Below are positions 31,966 through 44,302 of a stretch of DNA of 64,000 nucleotides, one piece after another. The position numbers and the translations under genes were made by a program. Position 1 is the first letter of the stretch, and every line of letters begins with the position of its first letter. The notes under the pieces are model-generated. The model saw only the letters and a list, made by a program, of their open reading frames with translations. It did no database searches and was not told the DNA's origin. Source of the DNA: an uncultured Chloroflexia bacterium (GTDB taxonomy: Bacteria > Chloroflexota > Limnocylindria > Limnocylindrales > CSP1-4); NCBI GenBank assembly GCA_963759135.1, contig CAVWXU010000016.1, positions 146,998-210,997 of the forward strand. Reading direction: 5' to 3'.

Positions 31966-32550
31966 ATGAGCCGCGTCCTCGACCGCGGAGCCATCTTCGC
32001 CGGCTGGGTCGGCGCCGGAATGGCGGCGGTCATCGTGCTCAGCTTCGAGCTCGTGATCCCGGTGCAGCCCGTCGTCTTCTATTCGGCGCCGCTGGCGGGC
32101 CTGCTCATCGGCTACTACGCGAACACGCGCTCCGGGCGGGCAGGTGGTCCGTGGGCGCGGGTCGCCGCGAACGCCATCTACGCCGGTCTCGTCACCGGCC
32201 TGTCCCTGGCGCTCCTGTACGGAGCGATCCGGTTGCTGTTCTTCTATGGGGACGCCGGGTTCAGCGCCGGCAGCCAGGGTGGAGCGGTCACCTGCCGGTC
32301 GGGCGCGGACTGCACGTACCAGCGCTATCTCGCCGATCCCGCCTCGGCTGCCGAGTTGCGCGCGGCTGGCATCACCGACGCGTCTTCGTTCGAGCGGTAC
32401 TTCCTGGCCGAACAACTCGACGGCGGGATCATCCTGCTGCTCTGGACCGCCGTGCCGGCGCTCTTCGGCGGCCTGGGTTGGCGCGCCGCGAACTCGGAAG
32501 CGCCTACTGGCGACGCCGGCGTGAACCCGCTTCCTGAGGCGCGTCGGTAG
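31966..32550 (+). CDS. hypothetical membrane protein
   Basis: GGAGG RBS, about 4 TM segments and an external loop with a Cys pair. Confidence 0.75.
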   Translation: MSRVLDRGAIFAGWVGAGMAAVIVLSFELVIPVQPVVFYSAPLAGLLIGYYANTRSGRAGGPWARVAANAIYAGLVTGLSLALLYGAIRLLFFYGDAGFSAGSQGGAVTCRSGADCTYQRYLADPASAAELRAAGITDASSFERYFLAEQLDGGIILLLWTAVPALFGGLGWRAANSEAPTGDAGVNPLPEARR

Positions 32551-32611
32551 GGCCGTTGCGCGCGGCGCCGTCCTAACAGCGCTCGAGCCCCGGCCGGACC
32601 TCGGGCCCGAC

Positions 32612-33307
32612 CTAGGCCTCGGGCTTCTTCCGCGTTCGAGGCGCGGGCGCCGGCTTGGTCTCGACCGCTGGGGCCGCCCTGGCGGCACGCGGCGCTCGCG
32701 CCTTCGGTGCCGTTTCCGTGGCCGCAGCCTTCTCCGCGGTGGCCGGGCGGCTCGGGCGCGGGACCCGGGGAGTGGCCGGCTTGGCGGCGGGTCGGGGGCC
32801 GGCCGCCGCCGCCGGCGTGGTTCCTGCGGCTGCTTCGGCCGCGCTGGACTCGCCGCGGGTCGCGCGGTGAACCGCGGCTCGAGCCTTGCCCGCGGCGGTC
32901 TGCTCGCCCTTTGCCTTGGCTGCGCGCGACGTCGCGACGCGGACCTTGGCAGCCTTGGCTGCGGCGGCCTTGCCGGTCGTCTTGGTGGCGCGCGCGGTCC
33001 CCACGACGGTCGCACCGGCGAGCGCGGCGTTGACCTTGCGCATCAGCCGACTCTTGCGCCGGGCCGCAGCGTTCGGGTGGATCGCGCCGGCCTTGGCGGC
33101 CCGGTCGAGCGCCGATTCCGCCTCGGGGATCGTGGCTGTGGCGAGCTCGGCGTCGCCGGCGACGGCCGCGCGCAGGGCCTTCGTGACCAGCGTCCGTGCG
33201 CGCGACTCCCTCGGCTGGTTGATCTCGTGCCGCCGGGCGGCCTGGCGGTCGCGCTTGATGGCCTGAGGCGTCCGTGCGCCCTTCCAGTTTCGAGCCGAGT
33301 GTGCCAA
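32612..33307 (-). CDS. rpsT: 30S ribosomal protein bS20 with long Ala/Lys/Arg/Pro-rich C-terminal extension
   Basis: AIKRDRQ...N, LDRAAKAGAIHPNAAARRKSRL; divergent from lepA. Confidence 0.9.
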   Translation of the reverse strand: MAHSARNWKGARTPQAIKRDRQAARRHEINQPRESRARTLVTKALRAAVAGDAELATATIPEAESALDRAAKAGAIHPNAAARRKSRLMRKVNAALAGATVVGTARATKTTGKAAAAKAAKVRVATSRAAKAKGEQTAAGKARAAVHRATRGESSAAEAAAGTTPAAAAGPRPAAKPATPRVPRPSRPATAEKAAATETAPKARAPRAARAAPAVETKPAPAPRTRKKPEA

Positions 33308-33552
33308 GGCGGATCGATCCTCGATGCGATGCTGACGTGGTGGCGGGGAGCACCGGTCGCGCTGGCCGGGCGTCCCGGTGGGGCGTGGCCGCGTCCAGTG
33401 CGCGCGACGGCTGATGGTATCAGGTCGGCGCCAGCCGGGCGAGCAAGGGCAGGCGGGGCATGAGGGCCAGGCGGGCCATGTAGACGGCCGGACGGGGCAA
33501 CGAGAGGGCCGGCCGGGCGAGCGGGCCGCCTCTGCTACACTCGGCCCGCCCC

Positions 33553-35364
33553 ATGATCCCCCAGGATCACTTCCGCAACTTTTGCATCATTGCGCACGTC
33601 GACCACGGCAAGTCGACGCTGGCGGACCGCTTCCTGGAGCTGACGCACACGATCGACGCCCGCCAGATGACGAGCCAGGTCCTGGACTCGATGGACCTGG
33701 AACGCGAGCACGGGATCACGATCAAGGCCCGCGCCGTCAGGCTCCAGTACACCGCGCGCGACGGCGAGGCCTACGCGCTGAACCTGATCGACACGCCGGG
33801 GCATGTCGACTTCACCTACGAAGTGAGCCGGTCGCTGCAGGCCTGCGAGGGCGCGATCCTCGTGGTCGATGCGGCCCAGGGGATCGAGGCCCAGACGCTG
33901 GCGAACGTCTACCTGGCCCTGGAGCACGACCTGGTCATCGTCCCCGTGATCAACAAGATCGACCTGCCGTCGGCACAGCCTGAGCTCGTGATCGAGGAGC
34001 TCGAGACCGTGCTCGCGATCCCGCGCGAGGAGGTCCTCCTGGCATCGGCCAAGGAGGGGACCGGGGTCGTCGACGTGCTGGAGGCGGTGGTGCAGCGGAT
34101 CCCGCCGCCGGGAGGCGATCCCGCGGCGCCGGCCCGGGGGCTCATCTTCGACTCGCACTACGACGCCTACAAGGGCGTCGTGGCATACGTCCGGCTCGCC
34201 GAGGGCACGCTGCGCGCCCACGAATTGGTGCGGCTCATGGCGTCGGGCGCGGAGAGCGAGCTGCTCGAACTCGGCGTCTTCCGGCCACAGCTGGTGCCCG
34301 TCGAAACGCTGTCGGCCGGCGAGGTCGGCTACGTTGCGACCGGCCTCAAGAGCGTGCGCGACTGCCAGGTGGGGGATACGCTGACGTCGGCCGAGCGCCC
34401 CGCCGCTTCGCCGCTGCCCGGGTACAAGGCGGCCAAGCCGCTCGTGTTTGCCGGCATCTACCCCATCAACGGGCCCGATTACCCGCTGCTCCGGGACGCA
34501 CTGGAGAAGCTCCACCTCAACGACGCCTCGATCACCTTCGAGCCGGAGAGCTCGGTCGCGCTCGGGTTCGGGTTCCGCTGCGGGTTCCTGGGGCTGCTGC
34601 ACATGGAGATCGTGCAGGAGCGGCTGGAGCGGGAGTTCAGCCTCGAACTGATCGCGTCCGCGCCGTCGGTCGAGTACCTGGTGACGCTGACCGGCGGCCG
34701 TGGGGACGTCCGGGTCGACAACCCCGCCGAACTCCCCGGACCCTCCGACGTCGAGCAGATCGCCGAGCCCTGGGTGCGCGTCAAGATCGTCACCCCGAAC
34801 ACCTACATCGGCACGCTCATGGATCTTGGAAAGGTGCGACGCGGAACGTTCGAGTCGATGGAGTACCTCGACCAGGCGCGCGTGCTCATGCAGTTCGAGC
34901 TGCCGCTGGCCGAGGTGATCGTCGACTTCTACGACCAGCTCAAGAGCCGCACGCAGGGCTACGCGAGCATGGACTACGAGGAGATCGGGTACCGGCCGGA
35001 ACGGCTGGTCAAGCTCGAGATCCTCGTCAACGGCGAGCCCGTGGACGCCCTGTCGATGATCGTGCACCGTGAGGACGCCCAGGCGGAGGGGCGCCGACTC
35101 GCCGAGCGGCTCCGGAAGCTGATCCCTCGCCAGATGTTCGAGGTGCCGATCCAGGCCGCCATCGGCGGCACGGTCGTGGCGCGCGAGACGATCGGCGCGA
35201 TGCGCAAGAACGTGCTCGCGAAGTGCTACGGTGGCGACATCACGCGCAAGCGCAAGCTGCTCGAGAAGCAGCGCGAGGGAAAGCAGCGCATGAAGCGCGT
35301 GGGGCAGGTGGAGATCCCGCAGGAGGCGTTCCTCGCCATCCTGCGAACCGACGAACAGGCCTGA
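33553..35364 (+). CDS. lepA: elongation factor 4
   Basis: [41 protein letters not shown]. Confidence 0.97.
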   Translation: MIPQDHFRNFCIIAHVDHGKSTLADRFLELTHTIDARQMTSQVLDSMDLEREHGITIKARAVRLQYTARDGEAYALNLIDTPGHVDFTYEVSRSLQACEGAILVVDAAQGIEAQTLANVYLALEHDLVIVPVINKIDLPSAQPELVIEELETVLAIPREEVLLASAKEGTGVVDVLEAVVQRIPPPGGDPAAPARGLIFDSHYDAYKGVVAYVRLAEGTLRAHELVRLMASGAESELLELGVFRPQLVPVETLSAGEVGYVATGLKSVRDCQVGDTLTSAERPAASPLPGYKAAKPLVFAGIYPINGPDYPLLRDALEKLHLNDASITFEPESSVALGFGFRCGFLGLLHMEIVQERLEREFSLELIASAPSVEYLVTLTGGRGDVRVDNPAELPGPSDVEQIAEPWVRVKIVTPNTYIGTLMDLGKVRRGTFESMEYLDQARVLMQFELPLAEVIVDFYDQLKSRTQGYASMDYEEIGYRPERLVKLEILVNGEPVDALSMIVHREDAQAEGRRLAERLRKLIPRQMFEVPIQAAIGGTVVARETIGAMRKNVLAKCYGGDITRKRKLLEKQREGKQRMKRVGQVEIPQEAFLAILRTDEQA

Positions 35365-35403
35365 CGGGCGGGCCAAAGCGGCGGGGAACCCGGGAGGCCA
35401 GCG

Positions 35404-36106
35404 ATGCCCGTGCCGGTCGACGAGATTCGGACTCTCATGGCGATCGCCCTGGCCGGGCTGTTGCTCCTGCTGCGCCTGGACGCGCCCCGCTTCGGGTCCG
35501 CCGAGTACGACGTGGACACGGACGACCGACACGATCGGGGCGCGCCTGACGAGGCTCGCCTGGCCGGGCCTGGCGGTCGTGCTCGTGGCTGCGATCGCCA
35601 TCCTGCTGCCCGCGGGGCCCGGCGCCATCGGCCTCGGACGCGCCAGCGCCGCGTCCCCCCTCACCGTCGTGCTGGCGATCCTGGGCGCGGGCGCGGGCGT
35701 CGGCGCCGTGGTCGGCGTCGCCCGCCTCCGGTCGCCGGCGTGGTCGCCGCGCCTGAACGTCGCGGGCGACGCGCCGCGCCATGCCTTCGACTCCCTCGCG
35801 ACGGCGATCGTGGACGAGCTGACGTTCCGCGGCGTGCTGCTCGGATTCATGCTCGTCGCCGGCGTGCCCCCCGCGGTCGCGTTTCTCGTGCAGCTCATCC
35901 TGTACGGGCTCGAAACGCGTCTCGGGCGGACCGTGGTGACACTCGACCTGCTTCTCGAAGCACTCCTGCTCGGCGCGCTGACCGGTGTGCTCGCGCTGGC
36001 GACCGGGGGCGTAGCCGCGCCGCTGGTCGCACACGCCGCGACGCGCTTCGCCGCGCTCGACCTGGCCGACGCCATCCCGTCGCCGTCCCCGGGTCGGTTG
36101 CGCTGA
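35404..36106 (+). CDS. CPBP/Abi family intramembrane metalloprotease-like protein; frameshift near 35530
   Basis: DELTFRG (EExxxR variant) and APLVAH motifs, multiple TM segments. Confidence 0.7.
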
Positions 36107-36152
36107 AGCGCGCCGGCCGGTTGCCCCGGACCCGACGGAGGCCGCGCGGCTC

Positions 36153-37467
36153 ATGAGCGGCCTTCACCATCGTCCCGCGTCCGCCCCAGCCGCCGCCCCC
36201 CGTAGCGCCGCCCCCAGTGCGGCGATCGCGGCCGGGCATCGCGATGACGGCGAGGATGGGCCGCTGCCGCCGGCCGCACTCTACGTGCACGTCCCGTTCT
36301 GCCTTTCCATCTGTCCCTACTGCGACTTCGTGGTGTTCGCCGGGCGCGCGGCGCGCGGGCCCGCGTCGAGGGTCGAGGCGTTCCTCTCCGCGCTCGACGC
36401 CGAGCTCGACCTCCGCGCCGACCAGCTGGATGCGTCGACGGGCGAGCGGCCGCCGCTGCGCAGCGTCTACATCGGCGGTGGAACACCGTCGCTCCTGGCC
36501 GCGTCCCGCGTCGGGTCGGTGCTCGAGCGCGTCCGTCGCCGGTACGGGGTCGAGCCGGGAGCCGAAGTCACGATCGAGGCGAACCCGGGGCCGGACGATC
36601 GCGGCGACTTCGAGGGTCTTGGCGGCGGCGGGCGTCACCCGTGTCAGTCTCGGGGCGCAGAGCACGGACGGCGCCGAGCTGCGGCGGCTGGGGCGCCGGC
36701 ACTCCGCCGGGGACGTGCTCGCGGCCGTGGCGGCCGCGCGGCGCGCAGGCATCGGATCCATCAGCGTCGACCTCCTGTACGACGTGCCGGGTCAGACGCT
36801 GGCGACGTGGCGGCGAACGCTCGACACCGTCCTGGAGGCCGGGGTCGATCACGTGTCGGCCTACGCCCTGATGCTGGACGACCCCGACGCCGAGGGCCTC
36901 ACGGGCTCGAACGGCGACCACCTCCCCACCAGCGCCGGCGCCCGCCGGTGGCGGGCGCGAGCGCGCGGCGAACAGGACGAGGACCGCGCCGCCGACCTCT
37001 ACCAGGCCGCGGACGAGACGCTCGCCGCCGCCGGGCTCCGCTGGTACGAGCTGTCCAACTGGGCGCGGCCGGGGCACGAAAGCCGCCACAACCTCGCCTA
37101 CTGGCACCACGATCCGTACGAGGCCGTGGGGCCGGGCGCCCATGCATTCGACGGGCGCTCGCTGCGTCGATGGAACGCGGCGCGGCTCGAGGGGTATCTC
37201 GCCGCGTTGCGCTCCATGCCTCCTCGGCTGCCCCCGGGGGGAACGGAGCGGCTCGATCCGGCGACGTTCGCGGCCGAGGAGGCAGTCCTCGCCCTCAGGC
37301 TCCGTGACGGGATCGGGCTGGACGTCGCCGCGCGGCCGGCGGTCGCCGCCGCGTTGGGCTGGGCCCGCGGCCACGGCCTCCTGGAGGTCCTCGACGGGGG
37401 GCGCGTCCGCCTGTCCCTGCGCGGCCGGCTGCTGTCGAACGAGCTGTTCGCTCGGATCGTCCCGTAG
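36153..37467 (+). CDS. hemW: radical SAM heme chaperone HemW (HemN-like); frameshift near 36620
   Basis: LYVHVPFC..ICPYCDF, GGGTPS, EANP, YELSN, HNLAYW; located upstream of hrcA. Confidence 0.9.
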
Positions 37468-37469
37468 TG

Positions 37470-37557
37470 GCTGCGCGGCTTCGGCCCCCTGCGCGGCTTC
37501 GGTCCCGTGCTGCTTCGGCCCCGTGCCGCTTCGGCCGACACGTGCCGCTTCGGCCCA
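37470..37557. repeat. ~18-bp imperfect tandem array x5 (GCTTCGG core) abutting the hrcA promoter
   Basis: Read directly. Confidence 0.8.
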
Positions 37558-37622
37558 TTGACACCGTGCGAGCCCCCTTGGTACTATCGCGGGCGTTAGC
37601 ACTCCGGCACAGAGAGTGCTAA
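37558..37622 (+). promoter_or_regulatory. heat-shock operon promoter with CIRCE element
   Basis: TTGACA 37558, TACTAT 37582; perfect TTAGCACTC-N9-GAGTGCTAA at 37596-37622. Confidence 0.95.
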
Positions 37623-37701
37623 CCGGCACGCAGCGCGCCAACGCGGCACAGCGTGCTGACCACGAGCGCCGGATGGCGCGGCCGAATCATGAGGACAGGT
37701 C

Positions 37702-38784
37702 GTGGCGCGTCGGAACCACCGCGAGCCCGGGCCGCTCGACCCACGGGCGCAGGCGATCCTGCGGACGATCATCGAGGAATACGTGGCCACTGCCGCCCCT
37801 GTGGGCAGTCACGCCCTCGTTGAGCGATACGGGCTGGGCGTCAGCTCGGCAACGGTGCGCAACATCATGGCCCAGCTGGAGTTCGCGGGGTACCTGTCGC
37901 ATCCCCACACCAGCGCGGGGCGCACGCCGACAGACGCCGGGTACCGGCTCTATGTGGCATCGATCTCGGAAGGCGTCAACCTCGCCCCGGTCGAGCAGCT
38001 GATGATCCGGCACCAGTTCGGCCAGGTCGAGTTCACGTCCGAGCAGTGGTTCCGGCTCGCGGCCGCGACGCTGGCCGCCGTGACCCGGGAGGCCGGCCTG
38101 GCCACGCCGGCAAAGCCGGCAACGGCCCGGCTCCGGCGAGTCGATCTCGTGCAGGGCGGCGACCGCATCGCCGCTCTCGTCCTCGTCCTGGCCGAAGGTC
38201 CCGTCAAGCAGTGTCTGCTCCAGCTCGGCGAGACCGCCGACCAGGAGACGCTCGACCGCGCCGCCCACCGGCTCAACGAGCTGCTGGCCGGTCGCACCGC
38301 GCGGCAGGTGCAGGACGCGCTGGCGCGCATGGCTTCATCCGCCGCGGGATCCCCCGAGTCGGCGGAAGGTCGGATCGTGCACGAGGCGGCGTCCCGCGCG
38401 CTGCAGGTGATGCACGAGTTCGACGCGGCGTCGGTGGAGGACATGGTCAGCGAAGGGCTGCTCAACGTGCTGGCGGCGCCGGAGTTCTCCGAATCCGAGA
38501 AGGTCCGCCGCGTGTTCGGGGCGCTCCAGGATCGCGAGTACCTCGGCCGGCTGGTGCGCCGGGTCGCCGGGAACAGCGGCGTGCAGGTCTTCATCGGCAG
38601 TGAGAACGAGGTCGAGGAGATGCGAGACGTGAGTCTCGTCGTGGCCTCGTACGGTCGTCCCGGGAGGGCCGTCGGCATCATCGGGGTCCTCGGCCCGACG
38701 CGCATGCCGTATCCGCACGCGATCAGCAGCGTCCGCTACGTGAGCGGGCTCATGAACGAACTGGTGGACCACTTCTACGCATGA
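37702..38784 (+). CDS. hrcA: heat-inducible transcription repressor HrcA
   Basis: SSATVRN, PHTSAGR, GPTRMPY. Confidence 0.96.
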   Translation: MARRNHREPGPLDPRAQAILRTIIEEYVATAAPVGSHALVERYGLGVSSATVRNIMAQLEFAGYLSHPHTSAGRTPTDAGYRLYVASISEGVNLAPVEQLMIRHQFGQVEFTSEQWFRLAAATLAAVTREAGLATPAKPATARLRRVDLVQGGDRIAALVLVLAEGPVKQCLLQLGETADQETLDRAAHRLNELLAGRTARQVQDALARMASSAAGSPESAEGRIVHEAASRALQVMHEFDAASVEDMVSEGLLNVLAAPEFSESEKVRRVFGALQDREYLGRLVRRVAGNSGVQVFIGSENEVEEMRDVSLVVASYGRPGRAVGIIGVLGPTRMPYPHAISSVRYVSGLMNELVDHFYA

Positions 38785-39449
38785 TGAACGACAACACAAT
38801 GACTGAACGACATCACAACGGCGGCGCACGGCGCCGCATCCATCCGCCGGCAGCGCCCCGGCCCAACGGTGACTCGGGCGCCGGCCAGCAGCCCGAGGCG
38901 GTGAACGCCGCAACGGAGCAGCCCCTCGTCGCGGAGAATCCGGCCGACGTGATCGAGGCGCTTCGGGCCGAGCTCGAGGCGGCCCGGCAGGAGGCCGGCG
39001 AGTTGCGCACCGCCTGGCAGCGCAGCGCGGCCGATTTCCAGAACTACCGGAGGCGCAGCGAGCAGCAGCGAGAGGCCGCCCTCGGGCAGGCCAGCGAGTC
39101 GTTGCTGCGGAAGCTGCTCGCCGTCGTCGACGATTTCGACCGTGCCCTGGAGGCGATGCCGGAGGAGCTCGAGCAGTCGGGGTGGGTCGAAGGCGTGTGG
39201 CTCGTCGAGCGCAAGCTGCGCGCCCTCCTCGAATCGCAGGGCGTGACCGCCATCGAGGCGATCGGCCAGACATTCGATCCACGCGAGCACGAGGCCGTCG
39301 TGCACCAGGAGACCACCGAAGCCCCCGATGGCACCGTCATCGCGGAGCTCCAGCGAGGATACCGGCTGGGGGATCGCGTCCTGCGGCCGTCCCTCGTGGC
39401 CGTCGCCAACAACGCGGGCGGGCGGGAGACGCCCGAAGGAGAGAACTGA
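38781..39449 (+). CDS. grpE: nucleotide exchange factor GrpE
   Basis: ADFQNYRRR, FDPREHEA, GYRLGDRVLRP. Confidence 0.95.
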   Translation: MMNDNTMTERHHNGGARRRIHPPAAPRPNGDSGAGQQPEAVNAATEQPLVAENPADVIEALRAELEAARQEAGELRTAWQRSAADFQNYRRRSEQQREAALGQASESLLRKLLAVVDDFDRALEAMPEELEQSGWVEGVWLVERKLRALLESQGVTAIEAIGQTFDPREHEAVVHQETTEAPDGTVIAELQRGYRLGDRVLRPSLVAVANNAGGRETPEGEN

Positions 39450-39452
39450 CCA

Positions 39453-41385
<1,933 letters not shown>

Positions 41386-41387
<2 letters not shown>

Positions 41388-41423
41388 ACCGCGTCAGCCG
41401 CCCGGAACCGCGTCAGCCGCCCG
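41386..41423. repeat. perfect 19-bp tandem duplication spanning the dnaK and MFS stop codons
   Basis: GAACCGCGTCAGCCGCCCG x2. Confidence 0.85.
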
Positions 41424-42735
41424 CGATCGCCCGCCCGAGTCGCGTCCTCGACGCCCGCCCGTGCCGCCGCGGACCCGCGGCCACGAGCGCCACGCCCCAG
41501 ACCACGAGTGACACCATCACGAGCCCGTAGACGGGCCAGTACGTGCCGAGTCGGTCGACGCTGATGCCGCCGAGTTCTACGGGCAGGATCCCGCCCAGCG
41601 GGTAGGCCACGGCGAGCACGCCGAAGATCGAGCCGAAGCTGGGCCCTCCGAACACGTCGCTGAAGGCCGCCGAGCGGAGGGCGATCGTCGCCCCCATCCC
41701 GAACCCGTGGAGGACGACGCCGGCCACGGCGATCTCCGCGGTGGTACCGGTCCCCGCGAAGGCGGCCGTGGAGCCGACGGCGATCACGGCGAGCGATGCG
41801 AGTCCGACCGGGCGGCGGCCGAATCGGTCGGAGAGGGCACCCCCGACGAGCTGGCCGGCGATGTACGAGATCGACTCGAGCGCCAGCCCCTGCGCCGCGA
41901 GCGCTTCCGGAACGCCCTGGCGCGTCGCGTGGGGCAGGAACGTCTGGAACACGCCCTCGTCCATGGCGCCGATGGCGACCGCGCCAACGAACAGGGCCCA
42001 GAAGCGCGCCGTGCGGAGGGTGCGGCGGAGGGTGTCGGGGCGTCCCTGGTCGCCCGACGGTCCAACCTCGCGCGCCGCGCCGACCGCGCCGGGCGCGGAT
42101 GTCTCGTGGAGGCCGGCGTTCTCGTGCGGTGCGCCGCTCCGCGCTGGTCTCGCCGGGACGAGGATCGCCGGGCCGGTCGTCATGAGCCACACGAACGGCA
42201 GTCCGGCCAGCGACAGGCAACCGAAGATCGCGAGGATCTCGCGCCACCCGATGGCGGAGATCGCGGGCGTCACGAGCGGCAGCGCGATCGCGACCCCGGC
42301 GCCGGGTCCCGCGTAGGCGATCCCCAGGGCGAGACCCGTCATGCCCGCGTACCGGCGCGCGATCGCGGTCGTTATCCCCACGAAGACCAGTTCGAGGCCG
42401 ACCGCCAGGAGGATCCCGTAGGCGACGACGAGCAGCCCCACGTCGCTGGCCAGCACGGCGACGCCCCAGCCGACGGCCATCAGCACCAGCCCGGCGGCCA
42501 GGAGCCAGCGGTCCGCGATCAGGTCGTAGGCGCGGCCGAGGAGCGGGCTCGACAGGGCGGTGACGAGCAGGAAGATCGTCCAGGGTGTCACTGCAAGCGT
42601 CCGGCTGATGCCGAACTCGTGCGCGTAGGCCACCGAGATGGGCGGGAAGCAGTAGAGGCCTGCGTAGGCGACGGCGCCGACCACGAACGCCGCAACCACC
42701 GGCAACCACAAACGCGCGCCGGCCCCGCGTGTCAT
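41413..42735 (-). CDS. MFS transporter
   Basis: About 12 TM segments, motif A GALSDRFGRR; ATGA coupling to the upstream glycosylase. Confidence 0.9.
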   Translation of the reverse strand: MTRGAGARLWLPVVAAFVVGAVAYAGLYCFPPISVAYAHEFGISRTLAVTPWTIFLLVTALSSPLLGRAYDLIADRWLLAAGLVLMAVGWGVAVLASDVGLLVVAYGILLAVGLELVFVGITTAIARRYAGMTGLALGIAYAGPGAGVAIALPLVTPAISAIGWREILAIFGCLSLAGLPFVWLMTTGPAILVPARPARSGAPHENAGLHETSAPGAVGAAREVGPSGDQGRPDTLRRTLRTARFWALFVGAVAIGAMDEGVFQTFLPHATRQGVPEALAAQGLALESISYIAGQLVGGALSDRFGRRPVGLASLAVIAVGSTAAFAGTGTTAEIAVAGVVLHGFGMGATIALRSAAFSDVFGGPSFGSIFGVLAVAYPLGGILPVELGGISVDRLGTYWPVYGLVMVSLVVWGVALVAAGPRRHGRASRTRLGRAIAGG

Positions 42736-44093
42736 GCGAGCGCCCCCGGGAGGCCGGCGGCGCGCACGGCGCGACCCAGCGCACGGGCGGCGCGCGTGCT
42801 CGGCCAGCTGAGGGCGGTCGCGTTCGCGAAGGCCAGGTAGTCGCCGAGGGCGGCCGCCAGCGCCGGCACGAACCCGGGCTCCTCGAGCGGCTCGAAGCCT
42901 GGCTCCCACCACGCTCCCAGGATCCGGACACGCCCCGCTTCCCGGTCGATGCGCGGCTCCAGGCGGCCCACGAGCCGATCGCCGTACAGCACGGGGAGGA
43001 CGTAGTAGCCCCAGCGCCGCCGTGCCGCCGGCACATACACCTCCCACACGTAGTCGAAGCCGAACAGCGTGCGGAGCAGCTCGCGGTCCCACGCGAGGGG
43101 GTCGAGGGGCGCCAGGAACGCGACCGCCGCCGGCGACCCGCCCGGCCCCGCGCCGTCCTGCCGCCCGGGGCCAGAGGACTCGCGGCCTGCGCCACCCGAC
43201 TGGGTTGCGCCAGCGGCGGGACCCACGACCTCGCGCTCCGCCTGCGCCAGCAGCCCGATCTCGTCGGTGACGAGGTAGCGCCGGCCGCGAACGCCGTCGA
43301 CCTCCACCGGCGTCAGCTCTCCGCGCTCCACGAGTTCGGCGACCATCTCGCTGCGGGAGGGGCCCGGGAAGCGTCCCGTCCCGGCGCGTGCCGGCGTGGT
43401 TCCGAGCCAAAGCTCGGCGCTCCCCGACGCGCCGAGCAGCCCGTGACCTCGGAACCGCGACAGCAGCCGATGCCGAACCTGCTCCACTTCCGGCACCCGC
43501 TGCTCGAGCAGCGCCGCCGGCTGCAGGCGTTCGATCAGGTCGTAGTAGCGGCGGTTCCCGTCCCGCCGGGCGAGACCCACGATCCCCGCCTCGGACAGCG
43601 CCTCCAGCACGGCCCGGACGCGGCTCGTGGGCCCCCAGTACCAGTCGATCGTGTGCCCCCGCTCGAAGTCGAGCGAGGAGAGCGGACCCTCGGCACGCAG
43701 CCGGTTGAGCACGGTCTCGACCGCATCGGGGTGCTCCGCGAAGATCCCGCCGTCGTGCGCCACGGCGTGGCGATCCCACGTGTGCCGGTACCAGGGCAGT
43801 TCGCGCGTCGGGAGGATGCTCAGGCCCTTGTTCAGCGCCTCGAACAGCAGCCGGCGCCGGTACAGCAGGTCGTCGGTCCACGAAGGGCGGTAGCCGGCGA
43901 TCCTCGCGTGCAGGACCAGGTCGTGGTTTCGACCGGCGACGCCGAGGGGGTCGAACTGCAGCGACCCGAGCCGGTCCACCACGGCGAGGACGCTGTCGGG
44001 CCCGGGCGGCAGGGATCTCGGGGGCGCGAGGAAATGGCGCAGGACGAGGAAACGGCGGGCGACGGGTGCCGCCACCGTTCGAAGGTCGGGCAC
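42732..44093 (-). CDS. YcaQ/AlkZ-like (HTH_42) interstrand-crosslink DNA glycosylase
   Basis: LQFDP QxD motif, LAPLDPL.WDR, YVWEVYVP..RRWGYY; leaderless start (TACCAT + 6 nt + GTG). Confidence 0.88.
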   Translation of the reverse strand: MPDLRTVAAPVARRFLVLRHFLAPPRSLPPGPDSVLAVVDRLGSLQFDPLGVAGRNHDLVLHARIAGYRPSWTDDLLYRRRLLFEALNKGLSILPTRELPWYRHTWDRHAVAHDGGIFAEHPDAVETVLNRLRAEGPLSSLDFERGHTIDWYWGPTSRVRAVLEALSEAGIVGLARRDGNRRYYDLIERLQPAALLEQRVPEVEQVRHRLLSRFRGHGLLGASGSAELWLGTTPARAGTGRFPGPSRSEMVAELVERGELTPVEVDGVRGRRYLVTDEIGLLAQAEREVVGPAAGATQSGGAGRESSGPGRQDGAGPGGSPAAVAFLAPLDPLAWDRELLRTLFGFDYVWEVYVPAARRRWGYYVLPVLYGDRLVGRLEPRIDREAGRVRILGAWWEPGFEPLEEPGFVPALAAALGDYLAFANATALSWPSTRAARALGRAVRAAGLPGALA

Positions 44094-44155
44094 GTGCGGA
44101 TGGTAGCGCCACGGTTGCCCGGGAACTCCGGCATCGGCGGTCACGTCGCGTCCGA

Positions 44156-44286
44156 CCTGCTGCCGAGGCGCCTCCGGACTGCTGCCCGGGCGCGTCCCGG
44201 CCTGCTGCCGAGGCGGCTCCGGACTGGAGGCCAGGCGCGTGCGGACTGCTGCCCGGGCGCCTGCGGAGTGCCGCCGGGGCGCTTCC
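44156..44286. repeat. ~22-bp imperfect tandem array x6 between divergent ycaQ-like and dnaJ promoters
   Basis: CTGCTGCC..GGCGC....CGG units ending just before TATACT at 44288. Confidence 0.8.
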
Positions 44287-44302
44287 ATATACTGGGGCCC
44301 GC

